Origin: Octopus sinensis
Taxonomy: Eukaryota
Assembly: GCF_006345805.1 (NCBI RefSeq)
Contig: NC_042998.1
Coordinates: 73,532,001 to 73,596,000 of the forward strand
Reading direction: 5' to 3'
DNA: 64,000 bases
The notes beneath the pieces were generated by a model that was given only the letters and a program-made list of their open reading frames with translations, was not told the origin of the DNA and ran no database searches. Below, one piece after another: positions 1 to 14,178 of the stretch. The first letter of the stretch is position 1, and the number at the start of each line of letters is the position of its first letter. The position numbers and the translations under genes are program-made.

Positions 1-56
1 TACATGTCCATACGTATGCCTGTTTAAGTGGGACAGCGTATGCATATGTTCATGAA

Positions 57-59
57 TGC

Positions 60-151
<92 letters not shown>

Positions 152-200
152 GTGTGTTCGTGCGTGTGTGTGTGTGTGCGAGCGTGTGTGTATGTATGTT
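57..200. repeat. (TG)n/(TGCG) microsatellite
   Basis: Direct dinucleotide array. It explains the VCVC/CVCV ORFs at 28-380. Confidence 0.98.
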
Positions 201-348
201 TGTATGTTCGTATATGTGTGCTATGTTTCTCCATATTTACTAATTAGAATTGGCAACATCCAACACAATACAACACATGTACACACATACACACACACAC
301 ATGCACACATGCATACACACACACATAGATACATACACATATATATAT

Positions 349-379
<31 letters not shown>

Positions 380-884
380 ATATATATATATATGTATGTA
401 TGTATATTTATATGTCAATTCATAGACTAAGTCTTTATGTGTATGTGCAACACACACACACACACACACACACGCACATATATATGCACACACACTGAAA
501 TATATACATATATATGTGTGTGTTTTTGTAAGTATGTATATGTGTGTTTGCGTATGTCGTGTGTTCATGTGCTTGTGTGTGCATGTGTGTGTGTGCGTGT
601 GTAGGAACATGAGTTTTGTTATTCATGTAATTGTGTGTGTGCAATAGTTTGACGGAGTTAGGTCTGTATGCAATACGAATACGGTAACACATAAACTTTG
701 GATATGCATCGTCTTTCATATATTTTGTTTCACCTGGTGTAAATGTTTCAGCCGCTTTTGCTGCCGTTACTTAAGTTCAGTCCACAAATATAAATTATAG
801 AATTAATTTGAACCCAGGACACAGCATGATTGCTGTTGGCTGCAATTCAATCGACACACAGCGCCTCAATATAATAACTCGAAA

Positions 885-1070
885 TACTGGAAATAGCACA
901 CAATCCCCCTCAAATCACGCTTTCCTATCTTACAAGCAGACATACTGGATGAAGTACGCCTGAATATATTGTGCCTAGAAAACAAAATGTGCTGGTCATT
1001 GATGAATCACCTTTGAAGATCATATGCTTGCTTAATCAGGAATTACCTGTGGCTAACCAAAAACAAATTA
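885..1070 (+). repeat. Degenerate dispersed repeat (old non-autonomous element)
   Basis: Patchy similarity to 59880-60030 (aaatagca...tcctaaatacactatgtctaaaa...atcagggctga) and to 28715-28790. An inverted partial copy lies at about 10405-10460. Confidence 0.4.
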
Positions 1071-2499
1071 GTCGTTCCACTATGCTGCAGAAAGAAGTTG
1101 CAGAAGAAGCATGATCGCTCTTTACCTTTAGCTACCCACATTGTGGCTCCTTACTTTTAGCTACTTATTTTTGGTTCATCACGTGATGGTCAAGTTTATT
1201 TAGGTTTACACAGACTATCCGCCCCTTAACGTGATAGACAAGTCTACCGTCTCTATTTAAGGAACGATTTTCCCGTTAATTCCTCAGGAAGGTGAGTTTG
1301 TTACGAGCTAGCTTTGATCTTCGATATGAGATCAGTTTTTTTTTACCAATTTGCAGTTTTCAGCAAGGTGAAATTTGTAACCAGAACCTTTGACGCTATG
1401 TTTTGTGTTTCTCCTAATATTTAACTTTATCTTTGAGAAACATTGTGAAATCATGTAAAGTTTTTAACAGAGTTCTGTATATAGTGCCAGTTGATGTATT
1501 CCTTTTAGTGACGGAAATAAATGTTGCACTGCAGCAAATTTTAACTAGACTTTGTATGTTCTTATTTATATTTATCCTGACTTATTTTAATCAAAATGTT
1601 TTAAATTATCAGCCTTTAAACCGCATTTTATACAACAATCAACTCGCTAAAAAGTTAACACCACCAGTGTTTCAGAGACGTAAGTGAAAAACTGCCATGT
1701 GCTAAATGACGTTCTTAAGAAATTATTAACTAATATTTACCTTTCTTTCCATTAGGGAAAACAAAACGATAATTTAGCTGAGAGACTAACTTATAAAAGG
1801 GGGACTTGAAAAAATTAATTGCTAATGTGTCAAGCCTTGCCTACGGGCATTAGCGATCATAGAGACTTCCGTGCCTCTCTGTTTTACACACGAGTTAGCA
1901 CGCTGTTGGGCTTCAAAATAACGCCAGCGAGTTAACCCATCAAGTAACTTGTTGCGGTTTCTTCCTTTTAATCTTCTAGACATAGATATAACTAGAAAAT
2001 TAAAGGGAAGGAACTGAAACTGTTGTCTCCATACGTTGTTGAGAAACTTCCGTGTAGTGTTTTTCTGTTCTTTTTTTATTCTTATCTACTGACTACGATA
2101 TTTATCTGTCCATCTGCAAACGACACCTTCAGCATTCATGTAGTGAACCACATCTGTCCAGTATTCATATGGGTTTGCATTGGTTATTGATGTTCTGGTT
2201 CTTACAAACACAGATGAGGATCGATTCTCTATGTGACCATATGACTCACCCTACCAAAGTTAATTTACAATGCTCAAAGGAATGTCTGATCCCTCCAAGA
2301 GCAAAAGATAACTATTGACATGTTTATATATACTAAGTGGTCGTAACGTGATGATATGAGTAGTAGTGGCAGTGGACACACGTAGTGGAGCTGCTGCTGC
2401 AACTTAATCAGTTCTGAGTAAAATAAACTGTGATCAAAGATTATCTAGGCTTGATTATCTCCTCTTATATTCAGTTATAATGAATAAATAAATGCGCCC

Positions 2500-2739
2500 T
2501 TTTAAAGCCTAGCCAGGCTCATGGGCCCGGTTTCCCGGTTTCAATGGCGTATGTGTTCCCCAGCTGGATGGGACGTCAGTCCATCGCAGCGTTACTAAGT
2601 TTTGCCAGCTGAGTGGACTGGAGTAACGTGAAATGAAGTGTTTTGCTCAAGAACACAACGCGTCGCCCGCTCCAGGAATCGAAACCACAATCTTACGATC
2701 AGGAAGCAGACACACTAACCACTAAGCCACACGCCTCCA
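2500..2739 (-). mobile_element. tRNA-head SINE with CORE-like central domain
   Basis: The minus strand reads an A-box-like tggcttagtggttag and a B-box-like ggtttcgattcc, then tgtgttcttgagcaaaacacttcatttcacgttactccagtccactcagctggcaaa. This central block is shared with 24802-25122. Confidence 0.8.
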
Positions 2740-2751
2740 CATATTTTCCTT

Positions 2752-2932
2752 CTCGAGCCATACCAGGCTCATAAGGGCCGGTCTCCCGGCTTCAGTGGTG
2801 TAAAGATTCCCTGCCTGGACGTGAAATGAAGTGTTTTGCTCAAGAACACAACGCATAGCCCGGTCCAAGAATCAATACCACAACCTTACGATCATCAGTT
2901 CAACACCCTAACTGCTAAGCCACGCGCCTTCC
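2752..2932 (-). mobile_element. Second tandem copy of the same SINE, internally deleted
   Basis: Same head and tail as 2500-2739, but ctggac joins directly to gtgaaatg, so about 65 bp of the central domain is missing. Confidence 0.75.
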
Positions 2933-3219
2933 TCCATATATTCAGTTATAGTATATCTAAAACGACCATGTCTGGCGCAACTTCATTCCTAGCGGCGTGA
3001 TTTGGTTTCTATTTCTATCTTGTAGATGGATTAGGAGTGTGTTGTTTAATACAGTTCTAGTTAAACGGAAGGGTTCCTGGATAGAGTTGTAGTAACATCA
3101 CAATCATTATTGCCAATAATCCCATCGTTGCTAGCGTCGTCATCAGCCTCACATCATCGTTGTCTTCGTCGCGGTCAGCGCCGCCGTCGTCAACTTCAGC
3201 ACCAACAAGATCAACATAT

Positions 3220-3339
3220 GCGCACCACTAACTCCATCATTAATTCCATTGTTAACATCATCATAACTCTATCATTATCATCATTAATTTTGTTATTTTT
3301 ATTATTACTATCCTGCTCCCACTTCACTCTCATGTTTTT

Positions 3340-3391
<52 letters not shown>

Positions 3392-3725
3392 ACAACAACA
3401 ACAATAACAACGTCGTTGTTGTCATCATTATCATTCCTACGTTGTTGTAGCTGTCGTCATCTTGTTTATCATTGCTAGCACTAACTACCATTATTATTAT
3501 TTTCTCAACAACATCATCATCATCATCGTCATCATCATCATCATCGTCATCTCATCCTCATCCTCATCCTCATCATCAACGTCACTGTTGTCATCATTAT
3601 CAACTTTTCGTTCTTGTAGCTGTCGTCATCTTGATTATCTTTGCTCGCACTATCATTATTAATATTTTTTCATCATCATCCTCATCATCATCATAATCAT
3701 CATCATCATTTTCATCATCGTCACT
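3220..3725. repeat. (ATC)n/(AAC)n/(ATT)n low-complexity tract with a ~169-bp imperfect duplication
   Basis: Trinucleotide arrays. The block caacgtc..gttgtcatcattatc..cgtt.ttgtagctgtcgtcatcttg occurs at 3408 and again at 3577. Confidence 0.9.
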
Positions 3726-4224
3726 GCAGAAATATTTAATCCTAATCATTGTACTTCCATTTTCTCATGTAGTCGATATTGTCCTCGTAACAAATTATAG
3801 ATAAAGTAATAGCAGCGAAATAAATATTGGCAAATAATATTCATAAATGTATATATTGCAGCAATAAACATTCTGAGATAGTTCCAGATATTCTATAGAA
3901 ATACTGCACAATCTGTTATTCGAGAGATGTTCATCGATCATTCTAGCAAGTAGAATTAGGCACCTTGATGAAAATTACACTGTCATGTTTACAGAGTGAT
4001 GTGACCCGAACTTCCATGATACATAACTTCCATTTATATATTCAACTATTATGATATTATATTCTGTCCAGAATTGAATCTGCCAAGTCTTAGATAAAAC
4101 ACACAAGCTTCGACCATTCACTTCATATTTGACATTTTGACATTCTCATAATGTATTTGTCATCCCATCTTCAGGAAATTCCAGCAAGCTAAATAAACAC
4201 TACCTTACAAGCTTTCTTGTTATT

Positions 4225-4322
4225 GTTGTTGGTGTTGTTGTTGTTTTTGCTGTTATTGGTGTTAGTGGTAGTGGAGGTTGTGGTGGTGGTGTGGTGGTGG
4301 TGGTGGTGGTGGTGGTGGTGGT
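4225..4322. repeat. (GTT)n/(GGT)n microsatellite
   Basis: Direct repeat. It explains the poly-L/V/W ORF 4217-4492. Confidence 0.95.
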
Positions 4323-4865
4323 TTTTCCTCTATATATATATATTAAACAAAAGTCTTCCATATTTATTAATCTTCAGTCAGCTTTTTCTCTATGGAGAAA
4401 TATTTGAATATCATGTTGTTATATCAACAGAAGAAGCTTCTAGTTACTTTTCATCACAAACAGCTTTCAGTGCAGGAAGGTTGATAGCATAGCATAGAGG
4501 CTGTGTAAAGAAAGCACAAAACCTTGGTGCTAGGAAAAGAGGGTGTGGGTGAAGTATTTGAATGTAAATATGCATCTGACAGTCGTACTTCAGTGTTGGG
4601 GAGACGTTTGGCTGTTTTAATGGCCCTTTGATTATGGTACTGCTTATCAACTAAAAGAGTAAGCGAAACAATTCAGATAGAGGCATGATAAATTGGTTTT
4701 CCATGCGAAAGAACCATAACTAACGTCTCAAAGAAATTACTTCGACATTTAAACTCTTTAATTTATCACATAGACCATAATTACGTCTCCTTAGACTCTA
4801 CTGTTCTCTGTACATATAAGGCATATACATGTGCGCGCAAACACATACACAAACACAATACTCAC

Positions 4866-5045
4866 GCGGTCATGCCTTTAGAATGCAGCCACGCCTTTAG
4901 TCGAACATATCGATCCCAGGACTTAATCTTTGTAAGCCTAGCACTTATTCTATCGTTTTCTTATGTCGAACTGCTATGTTACGGAGACGTGAACACACCA
5001 ACACCGGTTGTCAAGCGATGGTAGGGAAACAAGCACAGACACACA

Positions 5046-5102
<57 letters not shown>

Positions 5103-5290
5103 TTATTTATATGTATGTATGTATATATATGACAGGCTTCTTTCAGTTTCCGTCTACCAAATCCACTCACAAAGCTTTGGTCGGCCCGAGGTGATAGTAG
5201 AAAACACCTGCCTAAGGAACTACACAATGGGACTGAAACCGGAACCATGTGGTTGGTAAGCAAGCTATTTACCAAATAGCCACTCCTGTA
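4866..5290 (-). mobile_element. tRNA-head SINE with internal (TA)n and LINE-like 3' tail
   Basis: Colinear with 53848-54230 and 17821-18156 (head caggagtggct..ggttccg..ttcagtccc; ccaaagc.ttgtgagtggatttggtagacggaaactgaaagaagcc; internal microsatellite; gactaaaggc). Confidence 0.9.
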
Positions 5291-5310
5291 TATTCTTTTC
5301 TCTTTTTGTG

Positions 5311-5660
5311 TGTTTCAGTCATTTGACAGCGGCCATGCTGGAGCATCGCCTTTAGTCGAACAAAACGATCCCACGACTTATTCTTTGTAATAAGTCCGCT
5401 ATGTTACGCTTTGTAATAAGGCCGCTTAGCCGAACCGCTAAGTTACGGGCACGTAAAAACATCAACATCGGTAGTCAAGCAATGGTGGGGTTGGGGGATG
5501 ACAAACACAGACACACAAACCTATACATATATATATCTATACGACGGGAATCTTTCAGTTTCCGTCTGCCAGACCCACTCACAAGTTTTGGGTCGGCCCG
5601 CGACTACAGAAGAAGACACTTGCCCAAGGTGTTACGCAGTCATCAACTGCATCGAACTGG
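5311..5660 (-). mobile_element. Same SINE family, head truncated, directly adjacent copy
   Basis: Tail tgtttcagtcatttgacagcggccatgctggagcatcgcc and body tcagtttccgtctgccagacccactcac match the family. Confidence 0.85.
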
Positions 5661-6022
5661 TTGTTTTGAAAAATTAGGATATACAGGTAACTGGTTTACA
5701 GGCGAATCTAGTTGTGTTTATATTTGAAATCTAAAGGTTTCCTACTGACGAAACTAGCCTCAGTGAATTTTTTTTTTTACTGGAATGAGTTAGAAACCAT
5801 GGTCTAGGAACTAAATTAATTTTCAATCCTTTCGAGAATTTATCCATAATTATTGGTTTCAGGTTTCTACTGCTTTTTATATTTGGATGCCTCTTAATGT
5901 GTTCTAATGTACACGATAATTTTATATGAATAATATATAGTCTATTGACTACTTTTTTGTGCTAGGCCACTGGTAATAATAATTTCTATAATTCTTATTA
6001 CCCTATTATTATTTATTAAGTT

Positions 6023-6097
<75 letters not shown>

Positions 6098-6574
6098 TAC
6101 ATACATACATGTGTAAATTGCTTTATGTAGCTGAAGTTCATATAAAGTAAAGAAGAGTGCTCAGTACATTTAGAGGATATTACCCAATTAGTTTCACACT
6201 GATCTTAAGACTTAAATACTTTAATTACCGAAACAAAACGTCTTCGCACATTTTTATAGACAGAATGATATTCTCATTCTCATTAAATAATGCTGACGTA
6301 TGGATTCTCTACGCATTTACGCATTTTGTATTGTATAATCATTTCCATTCGATAACCTTTAGTTACACATTAGGAAAATTAATAACAAGTCTCAAACTCA
6401 CCAAAAACAATTACTTCATAAATAGATCTGCTTTTCCTATATTCCCATCGAAACTGTGCCTGTGTCACCAACAGGAGATTGGATATATATATTATATCTC
6501 TCTCTCAATCTATCTATCTCTCTCCCTCTTTCTCTCACTCTCTCTCACTCAATTTTGTGTATTTGTGTATACTA

Positions 6575-6730
6575 CGTATATATATATAAATATATACATG
6601 TCATACTATATATCATATATATATGTATATATATATATGTATATATATGTATATATATGTGTATATATATGTATATATATGTATATATATGTGTATATAT
6701 ATATATATGTATATATATGTATATATATGT

Positions 6731-6770
<40 letters not shown>

Positions 6771-6800
6771 GCATACATATAAATGTACATGCATACATTC
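6575..6800. repeat. (TA)n/(TATG)n compound microsatellite
   Basis: Direct repeat. It is the source of the IYIY ORFs. Confidence 0.97.
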
Positions 6801-8189
6801 GTAAATTCCCAAGAACACATATACATGCATATATCTTAATTACAACTTCTCCCAGAGCTAAATTATATCATGATGAAACAATTACGTCAAGAAGCAACAT
6901 TTGTTGATCCAAAGGGAGAAATGATTATTGTAATTTTATTCCCAAAGGGGGAGAGAACTGTGCGTATTGCAATTACATGAACATGCTCCTGGAACACACT
7001 TGCCTGTAACTCTTATCATAAAAGACCAGAATCCGTCTATCACAATGACATTTAAGCATGGTTTCACAAACAAACAGTTGTTGGTGATAGTAACAACCAT
7101 TACGATGGTAAATGAGCTGGGAAAGTGCATATCATGAATAACTTAAACGTATTATAGGGAAATGTTTCAATGAAAAACTATCTCGCGTAAGCCTGGGAAC
7201 ATAGGTGCATATATATGGCCATCATTAACTGACTGACACCCAACAAAGGCACTTATTTTTGCAGCAGCAACTACTATCATTGACAAATTGGTATCTGTGA
7301 TTGACCTTACCATGAGTCACTTGGCTCTAAGTTTCTGTTCTGTTCTAAATGGTTTCATCGTCCATAAGAAATAAATTAACACAATATCTAATTGCTCAGA
7401 AGAGAGTCCACGTTGTGTTAATTCATTTGCGTGTTATTTACACTTTGAGAGATAAGATCACTATTCTCGATTTTAAAAATCAAATTATAATCACCACTCT
7501 GTTTTTGCTGCCAAAGGTTGCTTGTTGTTTTAATTGTTTTGCCGTGGTTTCTATTAATCTTAGCCTCTTTTCATTCTATTCATACCGCCGACAGGAGTAT
7601 TTTGTAGCAAAATAATTACTGGATTTATAACCCCAACACAAATATACCTAAGAGTTTTGGCTTCTTCTATCGGTTGACATTTGTTGATGCTGGTTTTTCT
7701 TCCCCGGTGACGTTGATGATATGTCCTGGTTTATTTGTTTATCATCAATTTCCGTAGGATAAATTCAAATTTGATACATATTTTAATCTAACCATACTAA
7801 AAGGGTTTCTTTAAGGGATATCATTAAAATAATAAGCAGTTATTTAATAATATTTATATTCTGATATTAATATGAAAGATAATATCAATCGCAAATTCAC
7901 AGCTATGACACTTGTGCGATTGTTCACATTGAGCACTTGTGCATGTACGTATGCCTGTATGCGATAGTTTATTTCTTAAACAATCTTCTCAAGAAAGAAA
8001 TATCTTAAATTTATAAATAATAACATTAGATTATATATATAAATATACACATAATAGGCATATGTGTACATGTATATGCACACACATGCGCGTATATATG
8101 TATATGTGTATATGTGTGTATGCATTTGTATGTGTATATATATATATATATATATTGTGTGTATATATATATATTGTGTATATATATAT

Positions 8190-8220
<31 letters not shown>

Positions 8221-8878
8221 CAATGTATACATGTACATGTGTGTATATATGTGTATGTAATATGTCTGACGAATCATGTGCCAATCTGTATACACAGACA
8301 AAAATCAATATAATCAATTTTCCAAATTCCTGTGATCTCATACAAATGTGTGGACAGTCTCTGGCATGAAAATTATTTGGAAGTCTCACAGTTATTTAAC
8401 TACCAAACAAATGGCGTTAGAATGGGGAAAATTGAAACTGACTGTGAAAAATGTTAAGTACGAACAAGACAAACAGCTTTTCAATTTACCGCGAGCAACT
8501 TGCTGCGATGGTCTACAAAAAAATCTATGCTGCGGTCGACGTTAATTCGCTGATGTGAAAATATCTAAGACCAAGCGATACAAATGTTGAATAACAGGAG
8601 AGAAAAGAATATAGAGAAATCATAGAAACGAAAGGAAATTAGATATAAACAATATTTTTAAAAAACTGTAACGAACTAATACAAAATATAATAACGAGAC
8701 AACACTGGTGTATAAAACTGTCTGAAGCATTGCATGCCCATAACAATGAAGTCTTATTTCCGAATATTTAAGTGTAAACATCTATAAACATACACCATCC
8801 CAATATACGAGTACATAAACAGAGGGAGTATGTGTTTATAGACACCTAAGGAAATAAAGATAGACAGAGACACAGAGA

Positions 8879-8944
<66 letters not shown>

Positions 8945-9074
8945 GAGAGAGGGGGAGAGAGAGAGTGAGAGAGAGAGAGAGATAGGTAGATAGAGAGATA
9001 GATATAGATATAGATAAATATATATATTTATATATGTATGTATATATATATATACACACACCCACACATATATG

Positions 9075-9440
9075 TAAAAGAATATCAAAAATGGGACAAG
9101 ATTGCAAAACATCCAGACAGGCGATAAAAAAACAAGGACGGGTCATTCGGAGTTTTATTTCTTCAGTCGAGTTCCAGATTATCTTTTCAATTTTGATTTG
9201 TTATACTCAAGATTACTCCAATCTGGCCAGCTCGAAGGAAAAACTAAGCTAAGAGTACTATACTCCTTGGAAGAAATCAGTGAATGTATACGTAAACAAG
9301 GACGGGAAAAAATCTGGAAAATACTACACAAATACAAATACAAATAAGGACATTAACAACAGGTGTCTTTCGATTAAGTACGAATTAAAATAAGCTGGCG
9401 TGTGTGGAAGTGTAGCCTTATGGCAGGGACATAAGAAATG
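9075..9440 (-). mobile_element. Microsatellite-flanked dispersed repeat (probable Penelope-like terminus)
   Basis: The reverse complement of 9140-9172 (gactgaagaaataaaactccgaatgacccgtcc) matches 12630-12660 (gactgaagattaaaggcttcgaatgacccgtcc). The Penelope assignment is inference. Confidence 0.5.
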
Positions 9441-9864
9441 ACAGACATAGGGAGGAATATAGATGTTGCACAGATGATAGTCGAACCAAGAAAGAAAGGC
9501 TAGGCTTGGCCGAATACTGATCACGTGGAGAGAGGAGGAAGAGCAGTAGAGGCAGAGGGATACAAGAATTAGAGAGGGACGAGAAAAAAGACAACGGACT
9601 GAGTGAAGTGAAAGAGGAGGGAAGGTGAGAGTGAAGAGGAAGCCAGGAAATGTGTGAGAGGGGGTACGAAACAAGAAGAGTAGAAAGAACGAAGTAAGTG
9701 TGAAGGAGCTGATAGAAAGAAGAAAAGAATAAAAGAATAATAGAGTCGTACAAATTTTAGAAATACGTGCTTACATATAAGAGACCAAAGTGTACATGCG
9801 CCGCCATATACATAGACAAACAAACAAATGAGCGGACGAACACACAGACGAACAATCAGAGAAA

Positions 9865-9880
9865 GACAGACAGACAGACT

Positions 9881-9972
<92 letters not shown>
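9865..9972. repeat. (AGAC)n(AGAT)n tetranucleotide microsatellite
   Basis: Direct repeat. Confidence 0.98.
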
Positions 9973-10843
9973 TATTCCTTTGGTTCCTATTTTACTCTAC
10001 TGTATCCTCATAGCCATTAAAAAAAATAAATTTGGATCTTTTTAGCTTGGCTACCAATTTCCGAAAACTCAAAGCTTACTGAAAGTTTAAAAATTTACTA
10101 CATTAATGTAGATTCCCAAGCTGAATTTCAGGAGATATTTCCCTTTTTCTAAAATTTTTCTTTTTTTTTTTCTTAACTTATAGATGTTTAATGTTTGATC
10201 TTTTTAACCCAGTCAGGAAACAGGATTTGGAAGCTGTCATTTTGTGGGTGACGTGTTTTAATATGAAACTAAATAATTCAACTTCTGCTTTACGCACGAT
10301 GTATAACTCCTCATAACTTCATGATTTTCAGAAAATGTTTGCGAATTTGTATTCTGCACTCGAGAATTCTAAGGATTATGCAAAAGCAAAAGCAACATGA
10401 AATTGGAGGGTGCATGATTTAAGGCCTATTTGGCTGTTATTTTTAGCACATCTCTCGACCAGCAGATGAGCGCAAACAGCAGAACAAAGCATCGATGCAC
10501 ATGCTTTCGCGTAGAATATATTTATCAACACGTGCTATCTCGCAGATAAAAGAGTTCTTATGTTAGACTTGTTATTATGGAAACAAGCATGATTGTCTAT
10601 GTGGTTTACGGTTGGCTAAAATAAAAAATTAAAAAGCTAATAACATTTTATTTATTGATTTATCGCGAAAATGAATTTCAAAGCAGTAATTAGCATATGA
10701 AAACATACCATTACACCGAATATGAAATCAATTCGAGCAGGAATTGAAAGACTGAAAATTGGCAGCTAAGCAGAAAAGATCCATCAAATTATATTTTTTA
10801 TACTTAAACATTATTAGGAATTATTATTTTATTTTTATTTTAT

Positions 10844-10888
10844 CTAGTTTCAGCTCACTAGTTGTGGCCATGCTGGGGTGCCGCCATT
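10844..10888 (-). mobile_element. Isolated 3' tail of the CR1-type LINE (extreme 5' truncation)
   Basis: ctagtttcagctcactagttgtggccatgctggggtgccgccatt is nearly identical to the LINE end at 63419-63461. It is preceded on the + strand by a T-rich (ttatt)n tail. Confidence 0.8.
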
Positions 10889-11148
10889 TATATTCAAAAT
10901 TATATTCAAAATTATATTAAAAAATTGTTAAAATATTTTGGACATTGTAAAATTACAACCAGTTTATTGCATATAAATTTTAACAACAATATCTTATGCA
11001 AACTCCTAAGGGTTATATGGATTCCGCTTGAGAACCACCAGTCTAGGTTATTGTTTTAAGGGTGTTGTAGTGACAGTATTGTTGTAAGAAGGTTTTAGTA
11101 AGTAGGTTAAGAGATATCAGGCTTCAATCCATTAAAATTGATAAATAC

Positions 11149-11220
11149 TGTTGGACTGTATCATATATGTTTGACTGTATCATATATGTTGAACTGTATC
11201 ATATATGTTGGCCTGTATCT
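11149..11220. repeat. 19-bp minisatellite, about 3.8 copies
   Basis: tgttggactgtatcatata | tgtttgactgtatcatata | tgttgaactgtatcatata | tgttggcctgtatct. Confidence 0.95.
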
Positions 11221-11770
11221 GCAACTGTGATATAAGTAGCCATAGCACTTTCAAAAATTTAGTACACATATTTTATTTCATTGTCTGTAGACATTGCTAT
11301 AAAATGATAAAGACTTTCATACATTCATTATCATCCTATGTTGAGGTCGGTAGTGGTTACGTTAGACCAATATATTGAAGTGGTTTAAAACAGCGCAGAT
11401 AAATTCAAGTGTTTATTCACCCAGATTGATATTATAGAATAATATCCATCCACATGAATAGATCTTTAGAAATTCTTACAATATCTAAACGAATACTGAT
11501 ATATTACATTGAATACAAGAAAGTTATGGGTAAACATATTAATCATCAATAATATTCGCATATGCGTGTCTATGTATATATATACACATATATATTAAAA
11601 CTTATATGTCCAAGGTGCGACAAAATGGGCTTGAACTTGAATCTGTGTGAGTGCTATACAATCTTCTTAACCGCACTGTTATGGCTTCAAATATATATGT
11701 ATGTGTGCATGTGTTCTAAATCACCTATATAAATCATATATATATAAATTCATACGCACAGATTCATGCA

Positions 11771-11810
<40 letters not shown>

Positions 11811-12260
11811 TATATATAATATATATATATACGCATTCATGTATGAATATATGCGCATGTATGTAAGTACGTACGTACGAATTATATAGAAAAAGGTTGT
11901 AAGAAATTTAATTAACTTGAAAACGCTTCCTTCCATTTAAGATTAAACTGATATGTAATATATTTCAATTATCGTACCTCCTTATCTATTTCAGCTACAA
12001 TTCTCAATATTTTCAAATCATCTATAAATTGCATTGTACTGTTTACTGCTGGAGATATTTAATACATTTTCGAATTTGTTCATGTACCTTTCCTTGTTCT
12101 CATTCACTTATTCCGCTAACGCTTGTCTCTCGCTTTTTCACACTTTCTCTCTTTTTCTGTCATTGTGTTCTTCTTTCTGTCTTTCTCTCTACTTTATCAC
12201 GCAGCAGGAGTTAATACGTGACAGTACATACTTACTCACATAGAAACACAGACACACGCA

Positions 12261-12293
<33 letters not shown>

Positions 12294-12494
12294 CAACACA
12301 TACACATATATACTGGTGTTTGAATTAATATTCAACAGCTGCAATCATACAGATAAAAATTCATAGATTTATAATAAGCAGTATGTGAAGATTGTTTAAA
12401 TGTGTGTGTGTGTGTGTGTGTGTGTAACGTGTACATTTACCTCAGTATTCTAACTGCAATCTGTCGCTAGTGTACCAGTATGTGTATATATATA

Positions 12495-12545
<51 letters not shown>

Positions 12546-12594
12546 TATATTATATATATATATATATAATATATACATATATATATATACATAA

Positions 12595-12720
12595 TCAGCC
12601 GAAATTTGCTATGACGACCCGGTTCCTGACTGAAGATTAAAGGCTTCGAATGACCCGTCCGTTTTTTGTGTCATCTCCTTGTGTATTTCACGTTCTTGTT
12701 CCCTTTTATATATAATTTTT
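12595..12720 (+). mobile_element. Microsatellite-flanked dispersed repeat related to 9075-9200
   Basis: Shares gactgaaga...cgaatgacccgtcc..ttttt with the 9.1-kb copy in opposite orientation, and has (TA)n on both sides. Confidence 0.5.
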
Positions 12721-12723
12721 ATA

Positions 12724-12786
<63 letters not shown>

Positions 12787-12829
12787 TGTGTGTGGGGCGT
12801 GTGTGTATATATACATATATATACATATA

Positions 12830-12862
<33 letters not shown>

Positions 12863-14109
12863 CAGATGTATATAATATATATACATATATATATATCATA
12901 CATAATATATGCATATATACATATATAAATGTCTATATATATACACGCACACACACATGTATATATATATATATATATATATCTTGACGTGAAGCCTTAT
13001 ATGATTATGAGGACACAGATGATGTCCATTCTATATTTTTACATAGAGGAAAACATGTTCTTCAAAGTAAAATGGAAATATAAACTGGCTAAAAGCTATG
13101 TACAACCAAATGGAAGTAAACTCCGTTTTAATAGAGATCGCGACCTGATATCTCTTCTCAGCGAGAACTATATTAGTTCAAATGTCATATTAATCCGTTT
13201 GTGATAGACGTAAACACAATGTTTCACTCCTTTATAAGTAGCTATGTTTATATAAGAAATCTTCCTACATACAAAACTCTAGAATAATATCGATCTAAAT
13301 ATTTGTCAGACCGCCCTTTACCCTAACTACTTTCTTCAGCGTAGCTGTCTGACTATCAAAAGAAGAATTCGTGGGTTAAGTAAACCAAAGGAAACGTGTT
13401 GTACTAAGAGAGAATTGCATTTTCTTAGTGGGAGATAAAGAATACCACGTAAACAGAAAAATTGGCAAGTAATAAAAGTGAGAAGGAAAATAGAAATTGA
13501 AGATTGGTTTTGGTAAAAAGGAGAAGGAAATTTATCATATACAATAGTATATGTAAACAAGAATATCCAAACAAGAGTGTTTGAAGAATAATGGTTATAT
13601 GGGGTGTGAAATTAGTAAATCCTAGCACAATGAATTTTTACAATGGTGACATTCTACGATCACGCAATAGAATATATATGTGTGCGCATGTGTATACGCG
13701 TGCGTGTGTGTGCACGTGCGCGTTCCTGTGTGTGTGTGTGTGCACGCATGTGTCTGTGTGAGTATATCCGCGCGCTTGTGTGATTGTGTGTGTATTCATG
13801 CTTACGTTTTTGTATGAATATACATTCCTATTAAAAATTAAACTGAAGGATTACTGAATGCTATTTTGTGGAGGGCATGTTAATTGACTTTTACAAAGAA
13901 ATAGCTGAGAGTGGCTTCGAAATTTTGGTTAAGTGATTTACCCAAGAACATCGTTAGTTGGCATTACATATGATATAAAATAGTCTTAGTGAAAGAGTTG
14001 CTATAATATTGTTCTCCACTGTTTGCATAAATTCAGATATGAAACATCGTTTTTCATTTTCCTAGGATATACAACGATTATATGTATGTGTGTGTGTGCG
14101 TGTGTATGC

Positions 14110-14178
<69 letters not shown>

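Noticed and set aside
1204-1297. Exon ending at caggaag|gtgagt
   Set aside because: All frames from the nearby acceptors contain stops, and there is no other support.
9140-9172. Hammerhead in the 9.1/12.6-kb repeat (CTGAAGA...CGAATGACCCGTC)
   Set aside because: GAAT instead of GAAA in both copies, and no stem II.
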